Assembly: GCF_000143415.4 (NCBI RefSeq)
Contig: NW_003314280.1
Coordinates: 62,001-126,000 of the forward strand
Direction of reading: 5' to 3'
Length of the DNA stretch: 64,000 bases
Source of the DNA: Selaginella moellendorffii
Taxonomy: Eukaryota > Plantae > Lycopodiophyta
Below, one piece after another: positions 12,460-25,800 of the stretch. Under the pieces are notes generated by a model, which was not told where the DNA came from, searched no databases, and saw only the letters and a list, made by a program, of their open reading frames with translations. Made by a program: the position numbers and the translations under genes. The stretch's first letter is position 1, and each line of letters opens with the position of its first letter.

Positions 12460-15400
12460 TGTCGCGAATGTGACTTCGGGTATTGAAAGATACTTGTCGG
12501 CTAGTACTTACGGACTCTCTCTTCTTACTGCCACGACGGCAGGAGGTCAGTACTGCTGGTTCCCTTTATGGTCTCCGCCCAAGCTAGTTGAGAAACTGGT
12601 CAGCACATGTGCACTTAGACCGGAAGGGCACTAAGGAAGGAAATCCTAAGTTGTCATTAAGTCAAGCATACTTGACACGGTGATGAGAAACTCATGATGT
12701 TGACTTGCACTTGCTAGTGTTGGGAACCCCCGCGATATTGAGACTAGTCCCTCGATATTCGCTAAATGATAGCTTACCGTGTTTGCCAAACACCCTCGCT
12801 ATCACGCCCTTTGTGTTAGTCTCGTTTCGGTCCCAAATGCTATTTATGGAAAGTGTCTAGATTCGCTCATTTGGCATATCTACGGAATGTAGAGGTCAGC
12901 CTGAACACAATGGTGTTCGTCCCGTGTTGAAATTCGCAATCTAAGGCCATTCCATATTTAGTAAGTTTCGAACTTGTCTCAGAGACTAACTCCTGGTACT
13001 AAGGGAGGCTTGGGGTGAAAGCCCAAAGCGTGTGTCCCTCAAGGGGGGGGGGGGGGGGGGGCTGTGGGGGGTTCCAAATGTATAGTAGGGATAGTGGTTG
13101 GAATGCATGTCCGACCACCTGAGACATTAGTTTGGCTCCCGCTGGGCTGTGTCGCTCCTTGTTCTGCGTCCGGCTTGGGTCTAAGCCCAAGCTCCACGCT
13201 GCTCTAGTCGGTGGAGTACCCTCCTCCTCACGTTAGGCCACCGGTATGCCAAATTGTGCCAGACTCCGTCTGACACCATTTTGCGTGCAGGTGCTGAATA
13301 CGGGGAGTTGGTGCTCGTGGGATTGTACCGGACCCTCGTTTCGTAGTGCTACGGGCTTGGAGTTCGGCTCCAAATTCAGGTGCGCTACATTTGGTATCAG
13401 AGGATTGTCTCAGCGATTTCTATCCAACTTTTGTCGGATTTTTTGACTCAAGTTGCATACGCAGAGACTTTTCTAGTAGATCCGAAGCGACCTGTGTAGG
13501 ATTAGTTGGATTGCACCATTCGGTAAGAATGTTGTATGCATGTTCAGTTACTGATAGAGGCATGCATGCAGCTAGTAGGATGGTGAAGAGGAACCGTGCT
13601 GATGATGCTGAAACCTCTAGACGGGCGAATCGAGAGGAGGAAACTCCTGCTAGAGATGCTGCGGAAGGGGCTGAGGCCGAGTCAGAAGAGGATGAGCCAA
13701 ATGCTGCAGCACTGCAGCACACGGCTCATGAAGTCGAGATCGAGAATTTGCGAAAGGAGATTCGCAAATTGAAGAAGGAGAACAAGAAGAGGAAGAAAGA
13801 AGCTGAGGCAGTTAAACCAGCTAAGCCTAAGCAACCGGACTCCTCTTCAAGTTCTGAGGACGATGAAGTTCTGCAGCTGCCCCCAGTTGCACGAGTTTCA
13901 AAGTTCAAGCCTCCGAAACCACCCAATTTCAAAGGCATGCGGGACTATCAGGTTTTGGAAGACTGGGTCTATGATATGGAGAACTACTTCATAGCGGCAG
14001 ACGTAGATGATCGTACGAAAGTTGCGTGCGCGCAATCCTTTCTCACCGATCATGCCAAAACTTGGTGGCGCCAGGTGTGTGCTGAAAAAGGGCAGACTAG
14101 AAGTTTGACCAAGATGCGGTCTCGTATCCGTAAGGAATACTTGCCGGATGATCTTGGTCTGAGACTTCGCGCAGAGCTGCGGCAGTTAAAGCAGCGAGGG
14201 GACCTTATGCATTACGTTAATGCGTTTGCTCAGAAGTGCATTATGATTGCAAATATGAGTGACGAAGATGCTCGGAGTTATTTTCTAGAGGGTTTAAGTT
14301 CATTTTCTCGCAATGAGATTTTGAAGTTTAAGCCGAAGACTTACCTGGAGTGTAAGGAGGCAGCACAGCAAGTTGCCTTTAGTCACTCGCTCATGGAACA
14401 ATATCAGCAACCTTATGCTGGTAACTCGGATAAGAATAGGAATTCTGGGAATAAGCAAGGTGATCAGAAACAAAGGGTGGAAGGTAGGTACCGCCCTGGG
14501 GGCTCACAAACTACGGTGAATAAAGGTGGTGGTGGTTGGAGACCACCAGCAGCTTCTTTTGGTCCTAGGCCCTCTGTTCCTCCTCCTGGTGGGTACAAGC
14601 AGTAGCAACCTACAAAACCTGCTCCTAGCGGAACGGGTAGTGTGGGTCATTGCTTCCATTGTGGAGAGTCAGGACATAGGTCCTCAGAATGTCCCAACAA
14701 GCATAAGACAAGGTCTCGGGTTAATGTCATGAGGGAAGACGGTGGTGGTGAAGCTGAAGGGGTTGACGAGTTGGTCAATGCAGACTATGAGGAAGAAGAG
14801 GTGAGTAACTTTCGTTGCTTTCCTCAAGCTTTTCTTGCAGTCAATGCAAACACTGATCCGTTGATGTATCTGGTAGGCTTTGTCTGTGGACACCAAATCC
14901 GAGTGATGATTGACACGGGAGCTACGCACAGCGTGATATCCGAAGACTTAGTTAAGTTGTTAGGATTGAATGCTGAGCAAATGTCGCCTATGCACTTCCG
15001 GTTTGCGGAAGGTGGGCAAGTAGCCAGAAAGTTTGTGAGTGATGTTCCAATAAAGATATCCAAGTGGAAAGAAAGAGTGGACTTGGTAGTGTTGAAGATA
15101 CCAGATTTTCAGATGGTGTTTGGTATGGATTTCTTCAACAAGTATATAAAAGGGATTTATGGTGCTGGACAAAGTCGTATCACGTTGAAGTCAGAAGGAC
15201 ATCCTGATGTATCCTTTCAGTTGCAAAAACGTTCCTCAAAAGATTGGGATGCAAAGTTCCTGACTGCGAGGGCCGCTCAAAAAGCAGCTAAGAGGGGATG
15301 TCAGACCTTTTGGGTTCAAGTGATGGAAGCTGAGGGTATTGGTGACTCAGTTCGAATCGGCGACGGGGTTGATCCCGTACCAAAGAAGATATTGGAGTTG

Positions 15401-18400
15401 TTGGCGAGGAATCAGGATATCTTCCCGAAGGATTTGCCGCCAGGGCTACCTCCTAGCCGTGAGGTTGATCATCGGATTGAGGTTATTCCGGGTTCTAAAC
15501 CACCTACAAAAGCTCCATATCGGTTGAACATCAAGGAGATGGCTGAACTCAAGAAGCAACTCACGGAGCTTCTTGACAAAGGTCATATCCAACCAAGCAA
15601 GTCACCTTATGGAGCGCCAGTCCTTTTTGTTATGAAAAAGGATGGAACCATGAGGATGTGTATTGACTATCGGGCACTTAACAAGATCAGTTATCCTTTG
15701 CCTCGCATTGATGACTTGTTTGACCAACTCTTAAAGGCTAAGTATTTTACGCGACTTGATTTGCGGTCCGGGTATCATCAGATACAGGTGGCAGATCAGG
15801 ATGTGGAGAAGACAGCCTTTAAGACTCGGTACGGATCTTATGAGTTCCTTGTCATGCCGTTCGGGTTATGCAATGCTCCGGCAACGTTCAGCGGATTATT
15901 TGGACGCATTTGTTGTCCTATACATCGACGATGTTCTTGTCTTTAGTGAGACGTTGGAGGATCATTTGAAACACTTGGAGCTGGTGTTTCAGAAGTTGTG
16001 CAAACACAAACTGTATGCTAAGGAAAGTAAATGCGCTTTTGGTCAATTGCGTGTAAACTTTCTCGGACATATAGTTGGTGGTGGCGTGATTGAGGTCGAT
16101 CCAAAGAAGGTGGAAGCGGTAAAGTCCTGGGAAGTCCCGACCACTATATCAGATGTTCGTTCCTTTCTCGGTTTGGCGGGATACTATCGCAAGTTTGTCC
16201 GCAATTTTGCAAGGATTGCTCTTCCGTTGACTGAGTTGACAAAGAGTAGTATTCCGTTTCGTTGGACACCAGCTTGCCAGCGTGCTTTTGCACGGTTGAA
16301 GGAGATCTTGACTACGGTTCCTGTTCTCAGGATCCCAGATCTTGATAAACCTTTCGAAGTGCATTGTGATGCATCTGGCTATGCTATCGGTGCCGTGTTG
16401 CAGCAAGATTGTGACAAAGCGGTTGGTGTTACGCTAAGGCGACATGGTTGTTCCGTTGCGTTTTATTCCTAGAAATTGGATGAGACCCAACAAAGATGGC
16501 CAACGCATGAGAAAGAGATGTTTGCTATAGTGTCGGCCCTGGAACACTAGAGACACTACTTGGGTGGAAATACCAAGGTTTATAGAGATAGTAACACACT
16601 GAGATACTTTGCTACGCAGCCTAAGCTTACGCCGAAGCAGGCTCGTTGGCAAGAGAAGCTTGCTAGATATGATATTGAAATCATATATAAACCTGGTAAG
16701 GACAATATTGTTCCAGATGCATTGAGTCGTCAAGCTCAATTCCGGGCAATATCGGCAATCAGTTCAGACTCGTTGGAAGACGTTCGGGCTTCATATGGAA
16801 GTGATCCATTGGCGAAGACAATCTTACGCCGTGCGGAGTTGTCGAAGCAGAGCCCTGGTCGCGAAGCAGCAAAAGTTGCTAGTCGCACTAATGCAAAGCT
16901 TCACTTCTCAGTTCGGGATGGGCTTATATTCTATAAGCAAGAAAGATTGTATCTTCCCTCTAAGGATCTTCAGTAGTTATTTCTGCAGGAACATCATGAT
17001 GTTCCAGCAGCGGGACATGGTGGACAGCGAAAGACTCTAGCTTCATTGAAAAAGGGATTTTTCTGGTCTGGTATGGACGGTGATGTAGCGGATTATGTCC
17101 GTTCCTGCCCTATATGCCAGCAATGTAAGCGCAGAACTGAGAAGCAGGCTGGAAAGTTGCAGTGCATTCCAGCACCAGCATGGCCATTTCAAAGTGTGAC
17201 ACTTGATTTCGTCACTTGTTTGCCGAAGTCTAAGGGTTATGATACTTTGATGGTGGTTGTGGATCGGTTGTCAAAGATTGCACACTTCATTCCAACTGTG
17301 GGAACAGTAAATGTGAAACAAGCAGCAAAGCTCTTTTTCCATGAAATAGTGCGAGTTCGTGGTCTTCCTGAAGAAATGATCTAAGATAGAGATTCGAGGT
17401 TTATGGGGAAGTTTTGGGGAACCCTATTCCAGTTGTTTGGTACCAAGTTGAAGTTTAGTACGGCTTATCATCCTCAAACTGATGGGCAAACCGAACGCGT
17501 GAATGCTCAAGTTGAGGATTATCTATGGTACTATGTCACGGCGGACCAACGCGACTGGGTTGAGCATTTGGATACAACAGAAATTTGTTATAACAACACA
17601 TTTCACAGCGCTATAGGCTGTTCTCCATGGGAGATGTTGCAAGGAAATGCTCGTGGGGTTCCTCAACAGATCGTTGTCCCGAAACCAATGACCGAAGTGT
17701 TGGTCCCAGCCGTTGAAACTTATGCGGAGCAGCTACGCCAAGGTTGGTCTAGAGCTACTGAGGCGATGGGCAAAGCTCAGGATAGGTATCAACGTGATAA
17801 GGATCAGCATCGTCGGGATGTATCCTATCAAGTGGGAGATCAGGTGTGGCTATCTTCCCGAAACTTGAATATTAAGGGTTCTTTGTCTCGGAAGCTCTTG
17901 CCGAGATATGTTGGACCCTATCGGGTGTTAAAACGTCTTGGTGATGTATCCTATCAGTTGGATATTCCAGAAGAGATGTCCAGCCTTCATGATGTGTTTC
18001 ATGTCAGTCTACTGGCCCCATATCATGAGGATCCTAGTCGCTCTAGGAATGTTCGTCCAGCTCCGGATGTTATTGATGGTGAACCGGAGTATGAGGTTGA
18101 GGCCATCCTTTTGTCTCGTAAGGCACGTGGTGGTCGTGCGAAGGAATATCTAGTTAAGTGGAAAGGTTACCCGACTTGTGAATCAACTTGGGAACCTCTT
18201 AGTAATCTTGTACATGCCCGTGAGCTTGTCATGGAGTATGAGAATAGTAATACAAAATAGCTTTTGTAAATCTTGTAATAAATCTTGCAAATTAATAAAG
18301 TAAAATATTTCTATCACTTAAAGTGTCGTTTCTCTCGATCATTTGTACTTGGGTCAGTTTTGGCAGGCTAACTTCGGCACTTCGGTGCATGGGTCCAATC

Positions 18401-19790
18401 CATAACCATGGGATAACTATTATAGACTGATCACAAGTCCCCGCCTCTCTCTCGCTGTCTCGTTTTCCAAAAGGGGCGTGGTCGTGTAAACAACTTCATC
18501 TGCCAGTTTATAATAGTTGTCTAAATCTTCCCGACGGGGTTGATTTCTTGCTCAGGGGCAGTCGGGCCTCTGGCCTTCTCCCTATATCCCTGCGGGCAGG
18601 GATGTATCATTCCTTTGTAAGCCGAGTGGTACTCGGAGCAGCAAGGGTGGCTAACTCCGTTGGTCATTTCCTTGTCGGCGACGGCCAGAGGGTGTCTGAG
18701 TCTTAGCGTCTTTCGACGTAGAGGAGAGGTCATTCCATAACTCATTTAAGTCGGTGCATTTCCCACATAGTGTGTTTTCCGTTAACTTTCGGGGTTGTTT
18801 CCTTGACGGTTTGCTAGACTCGGGTATGCATCGACGAGGACGTCGATCTTCCCCAAGGGGGGGAGAGTGTCGCGAATGTGACTTCGGGTATCGCAAGATG
18901 CTTGTCGGCTAGTACTTACGGACTCTCTCTTCTTATTGCCACGACGGCAGGAGGTCGGTACTGCTGGTTCCCTTTATGGTCTCCGCCCAAGCTAGTTGAG
19001 AAACTGGTCAGCACATGTGCACTTAGACCGGAAGGGCACTAAGGAAGGAAATCCTAAGTTGTCATTAAGTCAAGTATACTTGACACGGTGATGAGAAACT
19101 CATGATGTTGACTTGCACTTGCTAGTGTTGGGAACCCCCGCGATATTGAGACTAGTCCCTCGATATTCGCTAAATGATAGCTTACCGTGTTTGCCAAACA
19201 CCCTCACTATCACGCCCTTTGTGTTAGTCTCGTTTCGGTCCCAAATGCTATTTATGGAAAGTGTCTAGATTCGCTCATTTGGCATATCTACGGAATGTAG
19301 AGGTCAGCCTGAACACAATGGTGTTCATCCCGTGTCCAAATTCGCAATCTAAGGCCATTCCATATTTAGTAAGTTTCAAACTTGTCCCAGAGACTAACTC
19401 CTGGTACTAAGGGAGGCTTGGGGTGAAAGCCCAAAGCGTGTGTCCCTCAAGGGGGGGGGGGCTGTGGGGGGTTCCAAATGTATAGTAGGGATAGTGGTTG
19501 GAATGCATGTCCGACCACCTGAGACATTAGTTTGGCTCCCGCTGGGCTGTGTCGCTCCTTGTTCTGCGTTCGGCTTGGGTCTAAGCCCAAGCTCCACGCT
19601 GCTCTAGTCGGTGGAGTACCCTCCTCCTCGCGTTAGGCCACCAGTATGCCAAAATTGTGCCAGACTCCGTCTAACACCATTTTGCGTGCAGGTGCTGGAT
19701 ACGGGGAGCTGGTGCTCGTGGGATTGTACCGGACCCTCGTTTCGTAGCGCTATGGGCTTGGAGTTTGGCTCCAAATTCAGGTGCGCTACA
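12460..19790 (+). mobile_element. Ty3/Gypsy chromovirus A1 (Galadriel/Tcn1-like), full length but defective
   Basis: LTRs 12460-13389 and 18868-19790 (TG...CA, roughly 2% divergent by eye). PBS tRNA-iMet TGGTATCAGAG 13392-13402. PPT 18855-18867. TSD GGACT, with the empty site at ~33680. Confidence 0.97.
13580..18260 (+). pseudogene. gag-pol: A1 gag-pol (Gag-CCHC-PR-RT-RH-IN-chromodomain)
   Basis: [46 protein letters not shown], integrase TAYHPQTDGQTE and VGPY, chromodomain YEVEAIL...YLVKWKGY...TWEP. Several stops and an RT frameshift near 15890. Confidence 0.95.
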
Positions 19791-21841
19791 GGACTGCAGT
19801 GGAGCCAGTTTGGCCAGGAAAGGCTAGTTTGGCCCAGGAAGGCCAAACCCAGTGTTGGGTGATGAACTGACCACTGGGAAGTCCAAGACTAGAGTGAATA
19901 CGGACCGACAAGCGGGGTAGCTTGGTGAAGTGTTCAAGAGCCGGCTCTAGTTCCCCCGGGAGATCGACTGGCCGATGCTCCCAGTCCAAGTGTGGGTGGC
20001 ACTACCTACTTAGATACTAGGCGTGGCGCAATGGAACCTCGCTCTAAGCCCATGGCTGGAGCACCTAAAGGCGGAAGGTGGGGAGAGTACCTACGGGGCT
20101 CGTGTAGGGCTACAGTGTTCCGAAATGTTGTCCCAAAGTCCGAAACTGGGGAAAGGAGGAGGAGCAGTCCTCTAGTGTAGTAACTAAGGATACAGTCACA
20201 TGGTGAGGAAGTCCTAGAGGACCATGGGACTTAGTTTTCAGGCCTGTGGGCCTTGATTTAGTGGTAGTGTCGGCGAAGATGGCCATGGGCCGAAAAGGGA
20301 CTAGGTAGGAACTGACAAAGGGATATTGGGGAAGGCTATTCCCCATGTCTATAGGCATCCTAAGGATGCTAAGGAGTGGATCTGGGTTGACCACTCGTGG
20401 ACGGATGGCCCAGTCTTGGAGAGACGGGATTGTGATGCAAGTGGTATTGGACCACTAGTGCGGCAAAGGTGAATGGGTATGGCCTTAGCGTAACGGGCCG
20501 ATATGTCAGTGGTACCTTTGGGTGTCAGTCTTGGGACCAGACATGTGGAGCACTTGGACCAAGTGCAACGGTTGAGTGGCACAAATGCCATTCTTAGGGC
20601 TAGCAAGTCCCCAAGTCTGGAATAGGACTTATGGAGGTTGCGAGTGAGACTCCTCCAAGCGGTCGGAGGTGTGGTTAAGTGACTAAAGTAGAATGGAAAA
20701 TTTAGTCACTTACAACTTGGTATCGGAGCTGTTCCTTAGTCTGACTTTTATTGGTGCTCAAGTATATCACTATTGACATTTGCATTGGAAGGTCCTAGGA
20801 GTGGGCCTATCCTTGAGGAGTAGCATGTCGAGAGGACATGGCTCTCCACTCAAGTTCATGCGTGAACTTGGGCGCGATGTGGTGAATAGAAAAGGGGTCA
20901 GTAAGGGAACGATTTTGGGATCTTGGGAACAGTATAAGGGTTTCCTCAGAAAGTTGAGGATGTGATCCAGATAAGCATTTGACTTAGCAAATGAGCTAAT
21001 GTAGTTGTGGTAAACAACTATAGTTGGGATCACGGGAAAGATGCAGACTCCAAAAGAATAAAGGAGTCACAAGATTACCTTTATATGGTTGAGGCTGGTA
21101 CTCATAAATTTAAGACCAGAATTGTTGACCGTGAGAGGTCAAATACAGAAGAGGACACTAGTCCTTGAAATGGTAGCCGGGGCTACCTCTAATAAATGCT
21201 GGAACAACCCAAAGAGTTGGGGGGTGTACTTAGAGATGAGTTGGAATTCTCATCATATAGACAAGTAGTCCTAAGGGGCAAAAGTTGCCCCCAGAGAACA
21301 AAATCAAGTGTTAGAGTAACACTTGTGAAAATAGTCCTTGTGAGTAGGACATGATTGCAAGAAGTTGTATTCTAGTGAGCAGATGCCTAACAAGTAGGAC
21401 CTTACGGGTCCGTGGATTAACCAAGTCCAAAACTGCTGGATGACTCAAGTAGAGTCAAGGAATAGTCCTAAAGGACTGATGGAAGCATTTGGACTAAGGT
21501 GTGTTGTACCCCACGAAGGATGAGGGGGATCATAGGATCTAAGGATGAGAACAGAGGGTATCTCATCGATGACAGAATGTGCCATGCTAAAGTCGTGGGA
21601 AAGGTGTTCCCCAAAAAGAAAGAAACTTTGGCATAGAGTTGTGTGTGCACTATAGTGTAGTGCTAACTGATAGTTGGCATGAAAAATGACTGCTTTAGAC
21701 TTGGCAAAGACCTAGACACAAGTAAGAAGTGTCATAGAGGTAGGCTCGTGGAGCCGATGGTGTGGAGACACCAAATGTGCCAAGGTGTGATACTTTGAGG
21801 TTATGATGGTGGGTTCATAAGAACCCCTTGCCAAGGGAATC

Positions 21842-22553
21842 TATAAGCAACCAAAGGGAACGACTTGAGAAATGGTCCATAGGGTTCAAATATAGAGGGA
21901 AAGGGCCCATGAATAAGTGTGCACCCCCTTTTCCAATCGGTTAAGGGTCTTGGGATATTTGGGGTTAAACGTCCTTGGGTTTGAATAGTACTGGGCTGGG
22001 TGACCTCTCGGGAAGTCTAGACTCAGAAGCTTACATTTGGTATCGGAGCGGTCTCAGGTCCGACTTTGTTGGTTGGCTAAGGGAATTGCACCACATGTTG
22101 ATTGACATCTGGCTGGTCCAGTTTGCTCCTATTGGGCTTGACCTGAGGGGTAGGGTGTCAAGAGAGTGGGGCTCTCAGGAGAGTTGTGGCTCTCAGCTTC
22201 CGTTCACAAGGGCATGAACTTGCAGGGAAGTGTGGTCCAGTTTGCTCCTATTGGGCTTGACCTGAGGGGTAGGGTGTCAAGAGAGTGGGGCTCTCAGGAG
22301 AGTTGTGGCTCTCAGCTTCCGTTCACAAGGGCATGAACTTGCAGGGAAGTGTGGTGGATTGTAAGCAACCAAAGGGAACAACTTGAGAAATGGTCCATGG
22401 GGTTCAAATATAGAGGGAAAGGGCCCATGAATAAGTGTGCACCCCTTTTTCCAATCGGTTAAGGGTCTTGGGATATTTGGGGTTAAGCGTCCTTGGGTTT
22501 GAATAGTACTAGGTTGGGTGACCTCTCGGGAAGTCCAGACACAGGAGCTTACA
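21842..22553 (+). mobile_element. Cassandra TRIM (5S rRNA-like LTRs)
   Basis: 194-bp LTRs at 21842-22035 and 22360-22553. PBS TGGTATCGGAGC at 22038. TSD GAATC, with the empty site in B copy at ~53150. The LTRs contain a 5S-like core. Confidence 0.93.
22481..22536 (+). promoter_or_regulatory. 5S rRNA-derived Pol III internal promoter (box A / IE / box C) in the Cassandra LTR; second copy at 21963-22018
   Basis: GGTTAAGCGTCCTTGGGTTTGAATAGTACTAGGTTGGGTGACCTCTCGGGAAGTCC versus plant 5S AGTTAAGCGTGCTTGGGCGAGAGTAGTACTAGGATGGGTGACCTCCTGGGAAGTCC (recalled). Confidence 0.88.
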
Positions 22554-22836
22554 GAATCCCAATGGAAGTGGGAATGGCATGGCCTAAGCTGGAAGGTATG
22601 CGGTTGGAGTGTGGTGACCCAGATAATGATGGAGGTGTGGAAGCACCAAGCAATGAGTTGAAGGACTTGACAACTATGGGGCAACTAAGCAAGAGGTGTA
22701 AAGATAATTGGTTAAATGGGTAGAAGGTAGCTACCCAAGACTTCTTAATTGTATAAGGAAGTTAGATATACCCTTATGGGGGATAAATTGCTTATGTTGC
22801 GATATAGTAAGTCAATGTCGTAAACGGGAATGCTCA

Positions 22837-25800
22837 TGTAGCGCACGTGGTTTTGACCCTTTATCCTATGGTGATTTACCATATGATAACACCACGAAGC
22901 GGAACATAAACCCTCTTTGTGCCACGTGACAGATGCCACGTGTCACATGCCACGTGTCCGTGCCACGTGTCTATAGGAACCCGAGGTTTAGGGCCTTGGG
23001 CCACTGAACGAAGGAACGGTGCCAAATTCCCAAGCGTGACGCCAAGGAGTGATGGAACCGGACCACAGAGCAACTCCCGAGCATATAGCCCAAGGAGCGA
23101 AGGGACAGGAGCCCGGAGTGACTTGGAACAGTCCTGGAGCAACCAGCATTCCAATGCTAGGACCAGCACGCAAAACGGAGCCAAACGGAGTCTGGCGCTA
23201 TTTCGGCATACCGGTGGCCTAACGTGAGGATATGGGTACTCCACCAGCTAGCATGGAATGGAACTTGGGCTTAGACCCAAGCCGGACACAGAACAAGGAC
23301 AGGCACGCAAGCGGGAGCTAGACTATGCCTCAGGTTGGTCGGCCATGCCCGACCTACCCACTATCCCTACTATACATTTGGAACCCCCGACAGCCCCCCC
23401 CCCCCTTAAGGAACACACGCTTTGGGCTTTCACCCCAAGCCTCCCTTAGTATCAGGAGTTAGTCTCTAGGACAAGTTCGAAACCTACTAAATATGGAATG
23501 TCCCTAGATTGCGAATTTGGACATGGGACGAACACCATTGTGTTTAGGACGATCTCTACATTCCGTAGATATGCCAAATGAGCAAATCTGGACACTTTCC
23601 ATAAATAGCATTTGGGACCAAAATGAGACTAACACAAAGGGTATGATAGCGAGGGTGTTTGGCAGACACGGTAAGCTATCATCTAGCGATGTTGAGGGAC
23701 CAATCTCAATATCGCGGGGGTTCTTGATACTAGCAAGTGCAAGCCAATGACTCAAGTTTCTCAAACCAGGCCGAGTATGCTCAGCAAGAAACACATAGGG
23801 TTCCTACCTTATGTTTATCCAATCTAAGTGCATGGTCATTGACCAGTTTCTCAACTAGCTCAAGTGGGAAACTAATAACGGGTCCAGCAATACCGACCTC
23901 CTGCCATCGTGGCAGTAAGGTAAGAGTGTCCGTAAGGACTAGCCGACAAGTAACTTTCGATACCCGAAGTCACATTCGCGACACTCTCCCCCCCTAGGGA
24001 AGATCGACGTCCTCGTCGATGCATACTCGAGTCTAGAATACCGCCAAGGAAACAACTCCAGAAAAAGTTCACGATACTCACACTATGTGAGAAATGCACC
24101 AACTTAAATGAGTTAGGAGGCAACCTCTTTGTCTAACACGGATGCGCTACCAGCTCAGACACCTTCCGGCCGTCACCGACAAGGAAATGACCAACGGAGT
24201 CAGCCACCCCTGCTGCTCTGGGAGTCACCCAGCTACAAAAGTGTGATATGCTCTGCCCGCAGAGACATAGAGAGAGGAGCCAGAGGCCCCAACCCTCCTG
24301 AGCAAAGAAACCAAACCCGTCGGTAAGGTTTAGATAGACTACTGTAAACAGGCAGGTAGAGTTGTTTACACGGTCACGCCTGTTCACAGAATAAGGAACA
24401 TCGACAGAGAGGCGGGTTATGTGACCAGTCGACAGTAGCTACCCCATGACTAGAGATTTCAACATGCACACGAAGTGCCGAAGCCAGTCTGCCTATACTG
24501 GCCCAAACGCAAAGATCAATGGATGGACAATATCAAAGTCAGAGACAATGATATCTGAGAAGCTTAATTACTAGTGATTATATCTTAGAGTAGAACACAA
24601 AAGTATTCTAAGCAAGTTATCATTCGATAAACCAGTAGTATTGTAGATAGGAACCACTAAGATCATCATAATTTGGCAAACACAGGAATGACCATCCAAC
24701 AAAATTCAATAGCTAGTATATCATCAAGGAAACTCAATGATGAAACTTAACTATCGAAGATAGTAGACAGTAAGCCAACAACTTACTAGAGAGAACTCAA
24801 AGAACACAAAGTATCATTGACTAACAAGCACAATGCTCGCGAATGTATCACCCAAAGGAAATAACATCCAAATCTATGAAAACTAACTCTAGCAACAATC
24901 AACAGAAGAAAATGAATGTGGTAAGACCAACAAACACTCATTCCTGCCAACTAGCACAAAAGCCAATCTGAATAGATCCCAGCCAACAATACCAAGGAAC
25001 TCAAGTTGCCTAAGCAAGTGTCAGCAACATCCTACTGACGTCTCAAACCCAAGAGACCAATCCAGAGCAAACCACAAAGAACATATGGTATTGCCAAAAG
25101 CCAAAAGCCATCAAAGAGAACAACTAACCATCATGAAAGATTATCAATCATCCCATCAATAAAGAGATGCAAAATCATTGTCTAAGAAGGAATCCACCAT
25201 CCCGAAGAATAGCGAATCAATCTAGATCAACAATAATCAAGCAAAACCTTTGACAAAGATAATCAATTATCCCAGATGATAGTTAATCATCACCAATGAT
25301 TGCTAGATGCAAATACTAACTTCAACATCGAAGCTAAAGAGCCAAAAATGCCTTCCCCGAATAACTCCAGACAAATGGAACAATGAGTATGAAAACTCAA
25401 AGAACCAAAAGCTCGAAGAAGCCTATAGCTAAGTCTTGCTTAATAATGATCACGAGTCTCATAGAAGCAAACTTCAATGCTAAAGAAGAAATCATGGTGC
25501 AACCCACAATATCTTCCTCAACACATCCATAAACCAAACTTCATAATGCCAAAGCTAATGAAGAGCATTTCTGCATCAATCCAAAAGCTAAGCATAACGA
25601 AGCTATGCTTAACAAGTGATCATCAAACGATCCTCCATGAATCCATCTATAGCAAGACGTAACTCACTTCATAACAAGCTCAAAAAGAATCATTAATGAT
25701 TGCTATATTCTGAACTCAAATCCAGCAAAGACTCAACATTCTAATATCGATCACTAACTCTTCTTCTCGTAGAGTTAGCATAGTCCACGACTAAATCACT

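Noticed and set aside
11946-12473. ORFs with LGLG/ETET/SPSP repeats (also 33312-33809 and 50804-51555)
   Set aside because: They are translations of the stop-free hexamer array in the B LTRs, open in several frames on both strands.
13003-13061. Group II intron domain V or twister look-alike (GT-GAAA-GC hairpin then G run; GGTCTAAGCCC)
   Set aside because: There is no AGC triad or 34-nt DV geometry, and the twister elements are incomplete or misordered.
13208-13250. HDV-like ribozyme (TCCTCGC loop, as at ~19624, between GGTGG/CCACC)
   Set aside because: P1 and P3 lengths and the J4/2 segment do not fit, and the loop is not conserved in C or B.
21963-22018. 5S rRNA gene
   Set aside because: Only the ~56-nt promoter core is present, inside TRIM LTRs, so this is Cassandra and not rDNA.
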